This document shows, piece by piece, positions 6,727-15,025 of a stretch of 17,432 nt of DNA. Position 1 is the first letter of the stretch, and each line of letters begins with the position of its first letter. The stretch is from Snowella sp. (GTDB lineage Bacteria; Cyanobacteriota; Cyanobacteriia; Cyanobacteriales; Microcystaceae). Under the pieces are notes generated by a model. The model was not told the origin of the DNA. It made no database searches and was given only the letters and a program-made list of their open reading frames with translations. Position numbers and translations under genes: made by a program. The DNA lies in NCBI GenBank assembly GCA_035285545.1, contig JAYKGY010000081.1:1-17432 (forward strand), given 5' to 3'.

Positions 6727-6808
6727 GCCCCCTAAATCCCCCAATGCTGGGGGACTTTCAATGATTGTAATTCCTGAATTCCCCCCAAATTTGGGGGGCT
6801 AGGGGGGC
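6727..6808. repeat. Cyanobacterial GC-rich palindromic short dispersed repeat (CCCCCTAAATCCCCC...GGGGGGCTAGGGGGG type), probably also a terminator between convergent genes
   Basis: Outer arms GCCCCCTA (6727-6734) and TAGGGGGGC (6800-6808) enclose the hairpins TCCCCCA-atgc-TGGGGGA (6737-6754) and CCCCCCAAATTTGGGGGG (6781-6798). Confidence 0.75.
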
Positions 6809-6816
6809 AAAAAACG

Positions 6817-7590
6817 TTAAGACGCAGAAGCCGCAGGGAAAACCCCTGGCCACCGTTTGTATTTCAAATAAAAGCCACCTAAACAGAGAGCAATAATAAC
6901 AACCGTTCCAATGGCTAAATAACTGGGAACCCAGAAAACAGCCTCTAAAGTGTTAATTTGTCCTGGTTTGAGCTTCCAGACTAACTGCGATCGCGTCTTG
7001 GATTCAGGAGATAACGTTGTTTCGCCATCAACACTGCGGGTAAAAATGGGGGTATTCAGGGCAAATTCTAGATCAATCAAAGACCCAGGGCTAACAATAA
7101 TATTGCCTTGATTCGATAAAACCCCTAAAGCGCGTAAATCAACGGTTAAGGTTAAATGATTGCGGTCAACAAAAATCCAATTTTTTTGATCAATTGCCAG
7201 GTCAGCTTTTAATTGCAATAAATCTAATTGATCGGCTTTGGCTTTGGTGGTATTTTTGGGCGGATTGGGGTTAAAAAAGAGATTAAATTTTTCTGCGAGT
7301 TCTTTCCCATTGGCAAAGGGGATTTTAACAATCATTTCTTGGGCAGAAAGGCGTTGGGTTCTTCCCTGTAAGGCTTTAGCCCGACTTTCAAGACTGGCTA
7401 ACCATTTATCCGTTTCTGCTTGACTGAGCGTGGTGAGTTGTTGACCCAGTTGAATATGTTGAATAATTTCCCCTTGATGTTGTTCATTAAAATTAATGCC
7501 GACATCATAGCGAACACAGCCACTCAAAAAAGTCATTACTAACAGGGCTAGGGGCAAGATGAAGGAAAAGAACTGTTTTTTAGCTTTCAT
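6817..7590 (-). CDS. DUF3153-family lipoprotein with a C-terminal TM helix
   Basis: Start MKAKKQFF (ATG 7590), lipobox FLSG-C then VRYDVGINF; WKLKPGQINTLEAVFWVPSYLAIG followed by a TM segment. Confidence 0.8.
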   Translation of the reverse strand: MKAKKQFFSFILPLALLVMTFLSGCVRYDVGINFNEQHQGEIIQHIQLGQQLTTLSQAETDKWLASLESRAKALQGRTQRLSAQEMIVKIPFANGKELAEKFNLFFNPNPPKNTTKAKADQLDLLQLKADLAIDQKNWIFVDRNHLTLTVDLRALGVLSNQGNIIVSPGSLIDLEFALNTPIFTRSVDGETTLSPESKTRSQLVWKLKPGQINTLEAVFWVPSYLAIGTVVIIALCLGGFYLKYKRWPGVFPAASAS

Positions 7591-7671
7591 GGAAAATTGA
7601 TAGTATTCAACAGGTTTTGATAAACTCATGCCAATCATGGCCCATTTTATCGGAAAAATTGGCTCAGCTCT

Positions 7672-9921
7672 CTAATCCTCATCCCATTGATTATTGGAAG
7701 TTTCTTGTCCACCACTGACGGTAACCAGATCAATTTGTTGACGGTAATAATCGACGCTCTTGATCTGCACATCCACTTCATTGCCTAAACGGTAAGCGGT
7801 ACGGTTTTTGCGTCCCACTAAGCAACTGTGACGGGCCCGATATTCATACCAGTCATCTTTGAGGGAACTGACATGAACCAATCCTTCTACTAAGAGATCT
7901 TCAATTTCAACAAAGAAACCGTAGGATTGAACCCCTGTAATTAATCCTCGGAAGATTTGCCCTGTTCTTTCCTTCATCTTTTCCGCTTTTTTCAAGCCAA
8001 TCAGGTCTTTTTCTGCATCTTCGGCGATTTTAGCTCGATCGTTGAGATGGGAAATGATCAGGTGAAATTCTTCGGTAAGGGTATCGTGAAGATTGGGGGG
8101 GAGGACGTTCCAGCTAATTTTGCCGTGACACTCGTTACTGGTGAGGATAACGCCGGTTTTAGTTTGTTTGGTGCGGCGATCGCGTCCTTCGCTGACGACT
8201 AATTTTAAAACCCGTTGAATGAGTAAATCGGCATAGCGTTGACCCGGAGAAACAAAATGGGTATAGCAATCGGCATAGGCCAAACCAAAGTGGGGGGCGG
8301 GATGGCTGCTATATTTTTCCCCTTTCAAAGTTTCTTCTAGGGAATGATTGAGGATGCGTGAGGTGGAAGATTTGGCAAAAGATTGGGTTAAACGGGCAAA
8401 ATCCTGGGGGGTGACATCGGCTTCCGTATCTACAGGCACATCCAGGTTTAAATTCGTCGCTAATTTTAAAAGATCCGTTAATTCTTCCCAATCGGGTACG
8501 GGTTGGGTACAGAAAATACTAGGGACTTGTAAGGCGACTAAATGATCGGCGATCGCTTTACCGACAAAAATGACTAATTCGGTTAACAGAGCGCGAATCG
8601 GTAAGGCATCCGAAACCAGAACAACCCCCAAACGGCCTTCATCGAGGAAGGGTAACTGGGTATCAGATTGAATATTAAAACTCCCCCGTTGCAGGCGTTG
8701 ATTTTTGAGAAGGGGACTGAGGGTAAAAAAGAGTTGATGTAAGCTTTCTACTAATTTTTTTTGCTCCTTAGTAACATTGTCAGCATCCGCTAAAAGGGTT
8801 TGAACTTGGGGAAAGGTGAAGGCATGATCCACCTTAATCAAACTGGGTTGATACTCAAATTCCAGTAGTTCTCCATTCTCATCTAAGGTCACAAAAAATG
8901 ACAATGTTAGCCGATCTTCTCCAGCAATAAGAGAACAACGATGGGTAATGGCTTCAGGAAATAAGGGCGAAACTTTTTGCCCTAAATAAACTGCAGTTCC
9001 CCGCTTTTTCGCTGTTCTATCCAATAAACTATTGGCTTCAATATAGTGGTCAACATCACTGACATGAACCCCTAACCGCCAATTTTTTTGCACCTTTTCC
9101 AAACTAAACGCCGTTTCCACAAAAGGTAAGGCTTCTCTGGAAATGTCATCCGCGAAGGTAAAGGTGGTTAACTTGCGTAAATCTACACGTTTTTTAATTT
9201 CCTTTTGGTCAAAACTGTTGGGTAAGGCTTCGGCCATTTGAATGACATCAGGGTGCCAACTTTGGGGTAGGTCATGCTTACAGGAAACAATATCCGTATC
9301 GGCGGCGGCTTCTGCATCACTGCCTAAGACTTTGGTTACCTTACCGAGAGGGGGATTGGTGCCAATGGAATAGCGTAAAACGGCAACATGGACGAGGTGA
9401 TCGATCGCGTTGGCGAGATCTTGCCCATTTTCCAGCAAATTCAATTCAAATAATAGCCGATCATCCAAGGGGACTGCTTTAAATTGATTTTCATCTTGTT
9501 TAACCTGGGCTAATAGGGACGGATTGGCCCGTTCCAAAATTAATCGCACTTCCCCTTCAGGAGACCGCCGCCGTGTTCCTTCTTTGATCACTTTGACCAG
9601 TACGCGATCGCCATTCCAGGCATTCCCTAAATGGGTTTCCCGCACATAAATATCATCCGCATCTTCCACATCTTGAATGGCAAAACAAAAGCCCTTACTC
9701 GAACAGCGCAATTTTGCTTCTACCACATCATTTTCGATCAGCCGCCGATATTTTCCCCGCTCTTTAGACAATAATCCAATCTTTTCTAGGGCATCTAAAG
9801 CAATTTGTAGCTTTTCGAGGGATTCTTCATCTTCACAGCCCAGTTTTTTCTCTAAAACTTTAGCTGCAACCAATTTATCATCACTAAAGTGGGAAAGGAG
9901 TGTAGCGATTGAAAAGTCCAT
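7672..9921 (-). CDS. zam: RNase II/R (RNB)-family protein, Zam-like
   Basis: Start MDFSIATLL (ATG 9921); cold-shock domain (KGFCFA, GDRVLVKV), RNB domain (HFGLA, HFVSPGQRYADL) and C-terminal S1 domain (GVQSYGFFV, EGLVHVSSL). Confidence 0.85.
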   Translation of the reverse strand: MDFSIATLLSHFSDDKLVAAKVLEKKLGCEDEESLEKLQIALDALEKIGLLSKERGKYRRLIENDVVEAKLRCSSKGFCFAIQDVEDADDIYVRETHLGNAWNGDRVLVKVIKEGTRRRSPEGEVRLILERANPSLLAQVKQDENQFKAVPLDDRLLFELNLLENGQDLANAIDHLVHVAVLRYSIGTNPPLGKVTKVLGSDAEAAADTDIVSCKHDLPQSWHPDVIQMAEALPNSFDQKEIKKRVDLRKLTTFTFADDISREALPFVETAFSLEKVQKNWRLGVHVSDVDHYIEANSLLDRTAKKRGTAVYLGQKVSPLFPEAITHRCSLIAGEDRLTLSFFVTLDENGELLEFEYQPSLIKVDHAFTFPQVQTLLADADNVTKEQKKLVESLHQLFFTLSPLLKNQRLQRGSFNIQSDTQLPFLDEGRLGVVLVSDALPIRALLTELVIFVGKAIADHLVALQVPSIFCTQPVPDWEELTDLLKLATNLNLDVPVDTEADVTPQDFARLTQSFAKSSTSRILNHSLEETLKGEKYSSHPAPHFGLAYADCYTHFVSPGQRYADLLIQRVLKLVVSEGRDRRTKQTKTGVILTSNECHGKISWNVLPPNLHDTLTEEFHLIISHLNDRAKIAEDAEKDLIGLKKAEKMKERTGQIFRGLITGVQSYGFFVEIEDLLVEGLVHVSSLKDDWYEYRARHSCLVGRKNRTAYRLGNEVDVQIKSVDYYRQQIDLVTVSGGQETSNNQWDED

Positions 9922-10648
9922 GAAAGTCATCCTAAAGGGTAGCAGTATTGAATCGAAGGGAGGGGGTATACCGTTATGATTGAGTCGGGAAAGTGCTTTA
10001 CCTCTTCCCACATTGAGACTTCAACTTTCAAAGAATTGCCAAATGCGGATAATCAAGGGAGCAACCTGACCAAACAAACAAGGATAAATTGACTTGCAAG
10101 AATTCCTAGATTGACGAAGAGGATGTCACTAGAAGCTCAGCAGTACTAATCAACGAAGCGACGTAATTAACCACTCTGACGAGCAAGAACGCTCTTTATT
10201 GCTTAAGGTAGAAAGGTTGTCACCTACTCATCAAATAGTTTTCGTTGAGGTTTACGTTGCTTTGAATGGGAATCATGACCCACAAGAAACAACGAGATTC
10301 TAAAGTTCTTAAAAAATTCTTTAGATTAATTTCACATTGTATCAAGCTAAGGGACGTTCTGGTCATTCTCCCATTATATTCAAGATAACTGAAAGGTTAA
10401 TCCCTCGACTGAATTGGGATTTCAGCGATCGCGTAAACTCCCCCGAAACGGCGCAAACCTAAACCCCGATCCCGTCATCTCAAGGTTCATGGCTTGCTAG
10501 AATAGTACAAAGAAACTAAAATAATGGCTTGAGTCACAATGCACTCCGCTAGGATCACCACAACCCCGGTTGTCTAAGATTCTATAATTGTTTGCTTGAT
10601 CCGTTCATTTGGGTCTGATTCGTTTAATCTTCAGTCAAGTAGCTTGAT

Positions 10649-11527
10649 ATGTTAAATCAATTTCGTCTGCATTATCCCCAGGGAAGTCTGATCAGTGAGT
10701 TGGTCAGGATTGATCATGGTTTGTATATTGTGCGATCGCTGGTACAGGTAGAAGGGGTGACCTTAGCCACCGGACTCGCTGCCGCCACAACCATTGAAGC
10801 TGCTGAAAATCAAGCCCGACTCAGAGCCTTAGACCTCTTACATTTGGATGCCACTTCAAGCGCGATCGCAAAAACTCAACCCGAAACGCCTCAAGAGCCT
10901 ATTCCGTCCGTAACCGAAGCAGTTCAAGCCCAACCCGTTCCGCCGCCGCCTGCCCCTGTTGAGAAAAAAATTGCCACTAAAGCGGCTAAACCCAAACCCG
11001 AACCCGTTATTGCGCCTCCTGTCGAAGAAATTCCGCCCGTTATTGAAACGCCATCCTTACCGGAACCCGTCATCGTGGCAGAAGTTTCTGAACCTGAAGT
11101 TCCTGAGTTAGTGTTATCTGAACCCGTTACGGAAGACCCTGAACCTGAACCCATCCTCTCTTTCGCCACAGAAACGGTTGACCAAAATGGGAAGTTGCCC
11201 CTGATGGATTTAGCCCAAACCAATGGCGCGACCGAATTGTCCCTTTCCCTCGAAGAACCATCCTTACCGTTAATGGAACTGGATACGCCACCGGCTCCTG
11301 TTGAACCAACCCCAACGCCACCGCTAGATTTGAGTGGCCCGATTGATTTTTCCGAAGTGATTGCCCGTAGTAATGTGGAACTGAAACGCCTCAATTGGAC
11401 AAATGAGCAGGGTAAAAATTATCTCTTACAAACCTACGGTAAGCGATCGCGCCAATTGCTTTCCGATGAAGAATTATTAGAATTTTTGCAGTATTTAGAA
11501 AGCCTACCCACCCCGCCCTTAAATTGA
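10649..11527 (+). CDS. Conserved cyanobacterial hypothetical protein: globular N-domain, long Pro/Glu-rich linker, small helical C-domain
   Basis: 292-aa ORF; N-terminal FRLHYPQGSLISELV...TLATGLAAATTIEAAENQARLRAL; C-terminal ELKRLNWTNEQGKNYLLQTYGKRSRQLLSDEELLEFLQYLES. Confidence 0.85.
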   Translation: MLNQFRLHYPQGSLISELVRIDHGLYIVRSLVQVEGVTLATGLAAATTIEAAENQARLRALDLLHLDATSSAIAKTQPETPQEPIPSVTEAVQAQPVPPPPAPVEKKIATKAAKPKPEPVIAPPVEEIPPVIETPSLPEPVIVAEVSEPEVPELVLSEPVTEDPEPEPILSFATETVDQNGKLPLMDLAQTNGATELSLSLEEPSLPLMELDTPPAPVEPTPTPPLDLSGPIDFSEVIARSNVELKRLNWTNEQGKNYLLQTYGKRSRQLLSDEELLEFLQYLESLPTPPLN

Positions 11528-11669
11528 TGTTGCTCAAGTAGCCGTCCGATTAATTACGTTTTGTTGAGGACAGAGCAATAACTGTCTGAATTCAAGGGTT
11601 ATTTTTTGTATAAATTGAATACCCTAAAACTACGTAAAGCTTTATTGTTTTAAACCTTGTATTTTTCCC

Positions 11670-12362
11670 ATGCGGCTTTCTGCGATCGCTACACCCACCC
11701 CAGAACTGCTCGACTCCACGATTGACTCGTGGTTAATGGATATTATTTATCCCTTTGGACGAAATTTATTAATGCCTCTCTATTTCGGTCACCTCGAAAT
11801 TACCGGCAAGGAAAATGTCCCTAAAACCGGCCCCGTCATTGTGGCTCCGACCCACCGTTCTCGCTGGGATGCCGTAGTTGTTTCCCTCGCAACCGGACGA
11901 CAGGTGAGTGGCCGAGACTTGCGATTTATGGTGACCTCTAGTGAAGTAACGGGTATTCAAGGATGGTTTATTCGGCATTTAGGCGGATTTCCCATTGATA
12001 TACAGCGACCGGAAGTGAGTAGTTTAACTTACAGTGTGGCTTTATTAAAACAAGGAGAAATGTTAGTTATTTTTCCTGAAGGCGGAATTTTTCGCGATCG
12101 TCAGGTACATAGGTTAAAACGGGGGGTTGCCCGCATCGCATTAGATGTTTTGAAACAAAATCCCCACAGTGATATCAAAATTTTGCCCGTCTCCCTCCGC
12201 TATAGCCAGCCCTACCCGACTTGGGGAACCGATATTCAAGTAGATATTGGTCAACCCATTACGGTTGCAAATTACGATACTGAAAAAATCCGCACCAGTT
12301 CAGAAGCATTAACCAATGAGTTACAAAATCGTTTAAAAAAACTTCATGAGACATCAGCATAA
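11670..12362 (+). CDS. plsC: 1-acyl-sn-glycerol-3-phosphate acyltransferase (PlsC family)
   Basis: HxxxxD motif (THRSRWD) and IFPEG; 230 aa. Confidence 0.88.
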   Translation: MRLSAIATPTPELLDSTIDSWLMDIIYPFGRNLLMPLYFGHLEITGKENVPKTGPVIVAPTHRSRWDAVVVSLATGRQVSGRDLRFMVTSSEVTGIQGWFIRHLGGFPIDIQRPEVSSLTYSVALLKQGEMLVIFPEGGIFRDRQVHRLKRGVARIALDVLKQNPHSDIKILPVSLRYSQPYPTWGTDIQVDIGQPITVANYDTEKIRTSSEALTNELQNRLKKLHETSA

Positions 12363-12381
12363 AAAATCCTTAAAGCAATAA

Positions 12382-12405
12382 AGGGCGCATACAATACGCC
12401 CCTAC
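12382..12405 (-). repeat. GTAG-type REP-like palindrome between convergent plsC and petA
   Basis: Minus strand GTAG-GGGCGTA-TTGTA-TGCGCCC-T. Confidence 0.65.
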
Positions 12406-12430
12406 AGAAAATTTCAAATTTAAAGTGAAT

Positions 12431-13417
12431 TTAGAATTCGAGTTCAGCCGCTTGGACTTTCTCAATTTGACGCTTCTTAACCACTAAGAGAATTTGAGCC
12501 AACATGATGGCCGCTAAGAAGAGAATTAAGAACTTGATTCGGGTGGGATTTTGCAGAACCACTTCCGTATCTTTTTGGCCAAAACCACCGACGTTAGGAT
12601 TGTTGGTTAACGCTTCTCCTGCCGTAACCGTTTGTCCTTCTGAAACAATTAAGTCAGGGCCAGCAGGAATGGTAACGGTTTCATCCCCTTGCTCGGTGCT
12701 GAGGATCACTTCGTAGCCACCGGCTTCAACTTTATTAATTTGGCTAATGGTTCCCGCAGAAGGGGCTTTGAAGACGTTGTTATTGCTTAATTCCCCGGTG
12801 GGATAAACTTGTCCACGACCGCGATTCGCGCCTAAATGCACGGAATATTTACCGTAGTGGAGATTTTTGCTGGTTGACGGATCCGGGGATAGGACAGGGA
12901 AAACAATTTCTTGGTATTGTTCACCCGGTAAGGGGCCGACAATCACCACGTTTTCTTGGTCTTCACGGTAGGGCTGGTAGAATAATCCGCCAATTTTTTC
13001 CTTCATTTCTTCAGAAATCCGGTCAGGCGGAGCGATTTTGAAGCCATCGGGTAACATGAGCACAGCACCGACGTTTAACCCGCCTTTGGAGCCATCCCCT
13101 AAGACTTGCTGACTATTGAGGTCATAGGGAATTTTAACAACGGCTTCAAAAACCGTATCGGGCAGAACGGCTTGGGGAATTTCGATTTCGGCGGGTTTCT
13201 GACCAATATGACAGTTGGCACAAACGATGCGACCTGTTGCTTCTCTAGGGGTTTCAGGGGCAGTTTGTTGGGCCCAGAAAGGATAGGCACCGGCCGATTG
13301 GGGGGCGACTAGATCACTAAACAAAAATAGGGTAATCGTGGCGATCGCCGCTAAAGCGATACTGAGGGATATTTTTTTGCCTCGTTGCCACAGTCCCGAA
13401 AAATCAGGCGTTCTCAT
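12431..13417 (-). CDS. petA: Apocytochrome f
   Basis: ATG 13417 (MRTPDF, 328 aa); signal peptide then YPFWAQQ, heme motif CANCH, and a C-terminal TM followed by KKRQIEKVQ. Confidence 0.97.
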   Translation of the reverse strand: MRTPDFSGLWQRGKKISLSIALAAIATITLFLFSDLVAPQSAGAYPFWAQQTAPETPREATGRIVCANCHIGQKPAEIEIPQAVLPDTVFEAVVKIPYDLNSQQVLGDGSKGGLNVGAVLMLPDGFKIAPPDRISEEMKEKIGGLFYQPYREDQENVVIVGPLPGEQYQEIVFPVLSPDPSTSKNLHYGKYSVHLGANRGRGQVYPTGELSNNNVFKAPSAGTISQINKVEAGGYEVILSTEQGDETVTIPAGPDLIVSEGQTVTAGEALTNNPNVGGFGQKDTEVVLQNPTRIKFLILFLAAIMLAQILLVVKKRQIEKVQAAELEF

Positions 13418-13473
13418 CTGTAGGTCAAATAGAATAAGGTTAACAGTTTCAAATTGCTTTATTAAAATCTCGA

Positions 13474-14016
13474 TTAAGCCCACCAAGGATCTTCATTGGT
13501 ACGGAAATCGGTTTCTGTCCAAGGCGTAAAGACTAATTTGTCATCTTCGGTCACCGTGGCATGAGCTAAGGCTAAAGAAAGGGGCGCAGGGCCACGCACA
13601 ACTTTACCTTCCGAATTGTATTGGGAGCCGTGGCAAGGACACATAAATTTGTTTTCATTAGCATTCCAAGGCACAACACAACCTAAATGGGTACAAATTG
13701 CGTTAATTCCATAATTTTCGATGGTTTTTTCGCCAGTTACCACAATGTAGGTCGGATCACCTTTTAAACCTTGAGCCAGGGTGCGATCGCCAGCGTTATG
13801 GGCCTGTAAGAACTCACTGACAATCACATCATTGCCCAGTGCGTCTTTAGCGGTCACCCCGCCACCTGCTGAACCACTAGAGGGAGGAATAAAGTATTTA
13901 ACGATGGGATAAAGCGCGCCTGCGGCAATTCCCGTAATCGTTCCAAAGGTGAGTAAGTTCATAAATTGACGACGACCCAAATCTGGGACATCGGACGCAC
14001 CTGAAAGTTGAGCCAT
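13474..14016 (-). CDS. petC: Cytochrome b6f Rieske iron-sulfur subunit
   Basis: Tat-like [14 protein letters not shown] and CPCHGS Rieske boxes; operon with petA. Confidence 0.98.
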   Translation of the reverse strand: MAQLSGASDVPDLGRRQFMNLLTFGTITGIAAGALYPIVKYFIPPSSGSAGGGVTAKDALGNDVIVSEFLQAHNAGDRTLAQGLKGDPTYIVVTGEKTIENYGINAICTHLGCVVPWNANENKFMCPCHGSQYNSEGKVVRGPAPLSLALAHATVTEDDKLVFTPWTETDFRTNEDPWWA

Positions 14017-14269
14017 AATGAACCGTCTTAAAATAATACGTTTTTACAAAAAAATTCTAAGATTTCTCCTAGATCATTAAATTCTTGCCGTACAGCGAGC
14101 CATTTCAGCCATCACCGAGAGCAGAAGGGGATACTTGTGGATCAAAAAAAACAAGTCCAGATTAAATTATGACAGAAAGTGGCCCTGAAAGCTTGGGATA
14201 GAAGGCTAGGACAGCAATTCTAAATTTAAGGATAGATAAGGGATGGAGGAAGAGATAGAGAGAAAAGGA

Positions 14270-14422
14270 ATGACGGTTACTCAACAATCGAATGGGGCTG
14301 TTCTTTTCCAGAATGCTTGGATTACGGACTATCTCTTCCATGTCAGCAATAGTGTGAAATTAGCTCAATCCGCCCATGTTCGTTGGAAGACTGAAAATGA
14401 AAACCATAATATTTTGAAGACA
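14270..14422 (+). mobile_element. Internal remnant of a DDE transposase (ISNCY/ISAs1-like)
   Basis: TVTQQSNGAVLFQNAWITDY...AQSAHVRWKTENENHNILKT resembles the WITD...RWKxENExxNxLK motif containing the third catalytic residue. No intact ends seen. Confidence 0.65.
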
Positions 14423-14645
14423 TGGGTGATTTTATAAACTCTAACTACTTATTCTGTTTGGGATGACTGGTCGCATTTAATTTCTTTTATGTTCGATGAG
14501 TTTGAGTCTTTGAACACTCCTAACTCTTCTTGATTTTCTAAATTTAGAATTGTACAGGATTATCTAATGAGCGTTTTTTTAATTTCTCAATAGTGTAAAA
14601 TCAAAATTATTTTTTGTTCTGTCTGTCGTCTCATCAAAAATAACT

Positions 14646-15011
14646 ATGCTATTCAATCAATTAAAGTTAGCAATTATAATTGCTTGTAGTTACCTTTCAA
14701 TAATAGAATCCAGCGTTTTATCCCAAGAGGTTGTAAGGGGATCTGCCGCATTTATCATTGATGGAAGTGGACATGTCTCTGCTGCATCTATTTCTGCCGC
14801 CGTAGGGCAAGGAGATGCTTATAGTCGTTCTTTTTATGATCCCCTCACAGGCAATCTATCTTCCCTTGCCATTGGTTCTTTTAATACTATTCAATGCGAC
14901 GGAAGCCCTTGTAATGCGGCTGGCTCATTAGTAGTTGAAATCGAATCGTCCAGTGGTACACAACCAGTAAACAATGACTTAGTGCCGAATGTAATTACCA
15001 CCGCGCCTTAA
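14646..15011 (+). CDS. Small secreted Gly/Ala/Ser-rich hypothetical protein
   Basis: 121-aa ORF; hydrophobic N-terminus with probable cleavage at VLS-QE; GSAAFIIDGSGHVSAASISAAVGQGDAY; Cys pair CDGSPC. Confidence 0.65.
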   Translation: MLFNQLKLAIIIACSYLSIIESSVLSQEVVRGSAAFIIDGSGHVSAASISAAVGQGDAYSRSFYDPLTGNLSSLAIGSFNTIQCDGSPCNAAGSLVVEIESSSGTQPVNNDLVPNVITTAP

Positions 15012-15025
15012 ATGCTATGCAGGGA

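Larger units (their letters stand above)
516..13790. repeat. Dispersed HIP1 octamer GCGATCGC (about 17 exact copies)
   Basis: Copies seen near 516, 1041, 2320, 4748, 5830, 6175, 6987, 8176, 8549, 9604, 10426, 10732, 10862, 11443, 11682, 13342 and 13783; none seen after 13790. HIP1 is an established cyanobacterial signature. Confidence 0.9.

Noticed and set aside
11030..11160. GAACC(T/C)G recurrences as a DNA tandem repeat
   Set aside because: Explained by Glu-Pro-rich coding in the disordered linker; no fixed periodicity.
13418..13486. N-terminal extension of PetA overlapping petC (similar extensions for zam, DUF3153, hicB, DUF6888, DUF6887)
   Set aside because: Longest-ORF artefacts; downstream starts match the known family N-termini and lengths.
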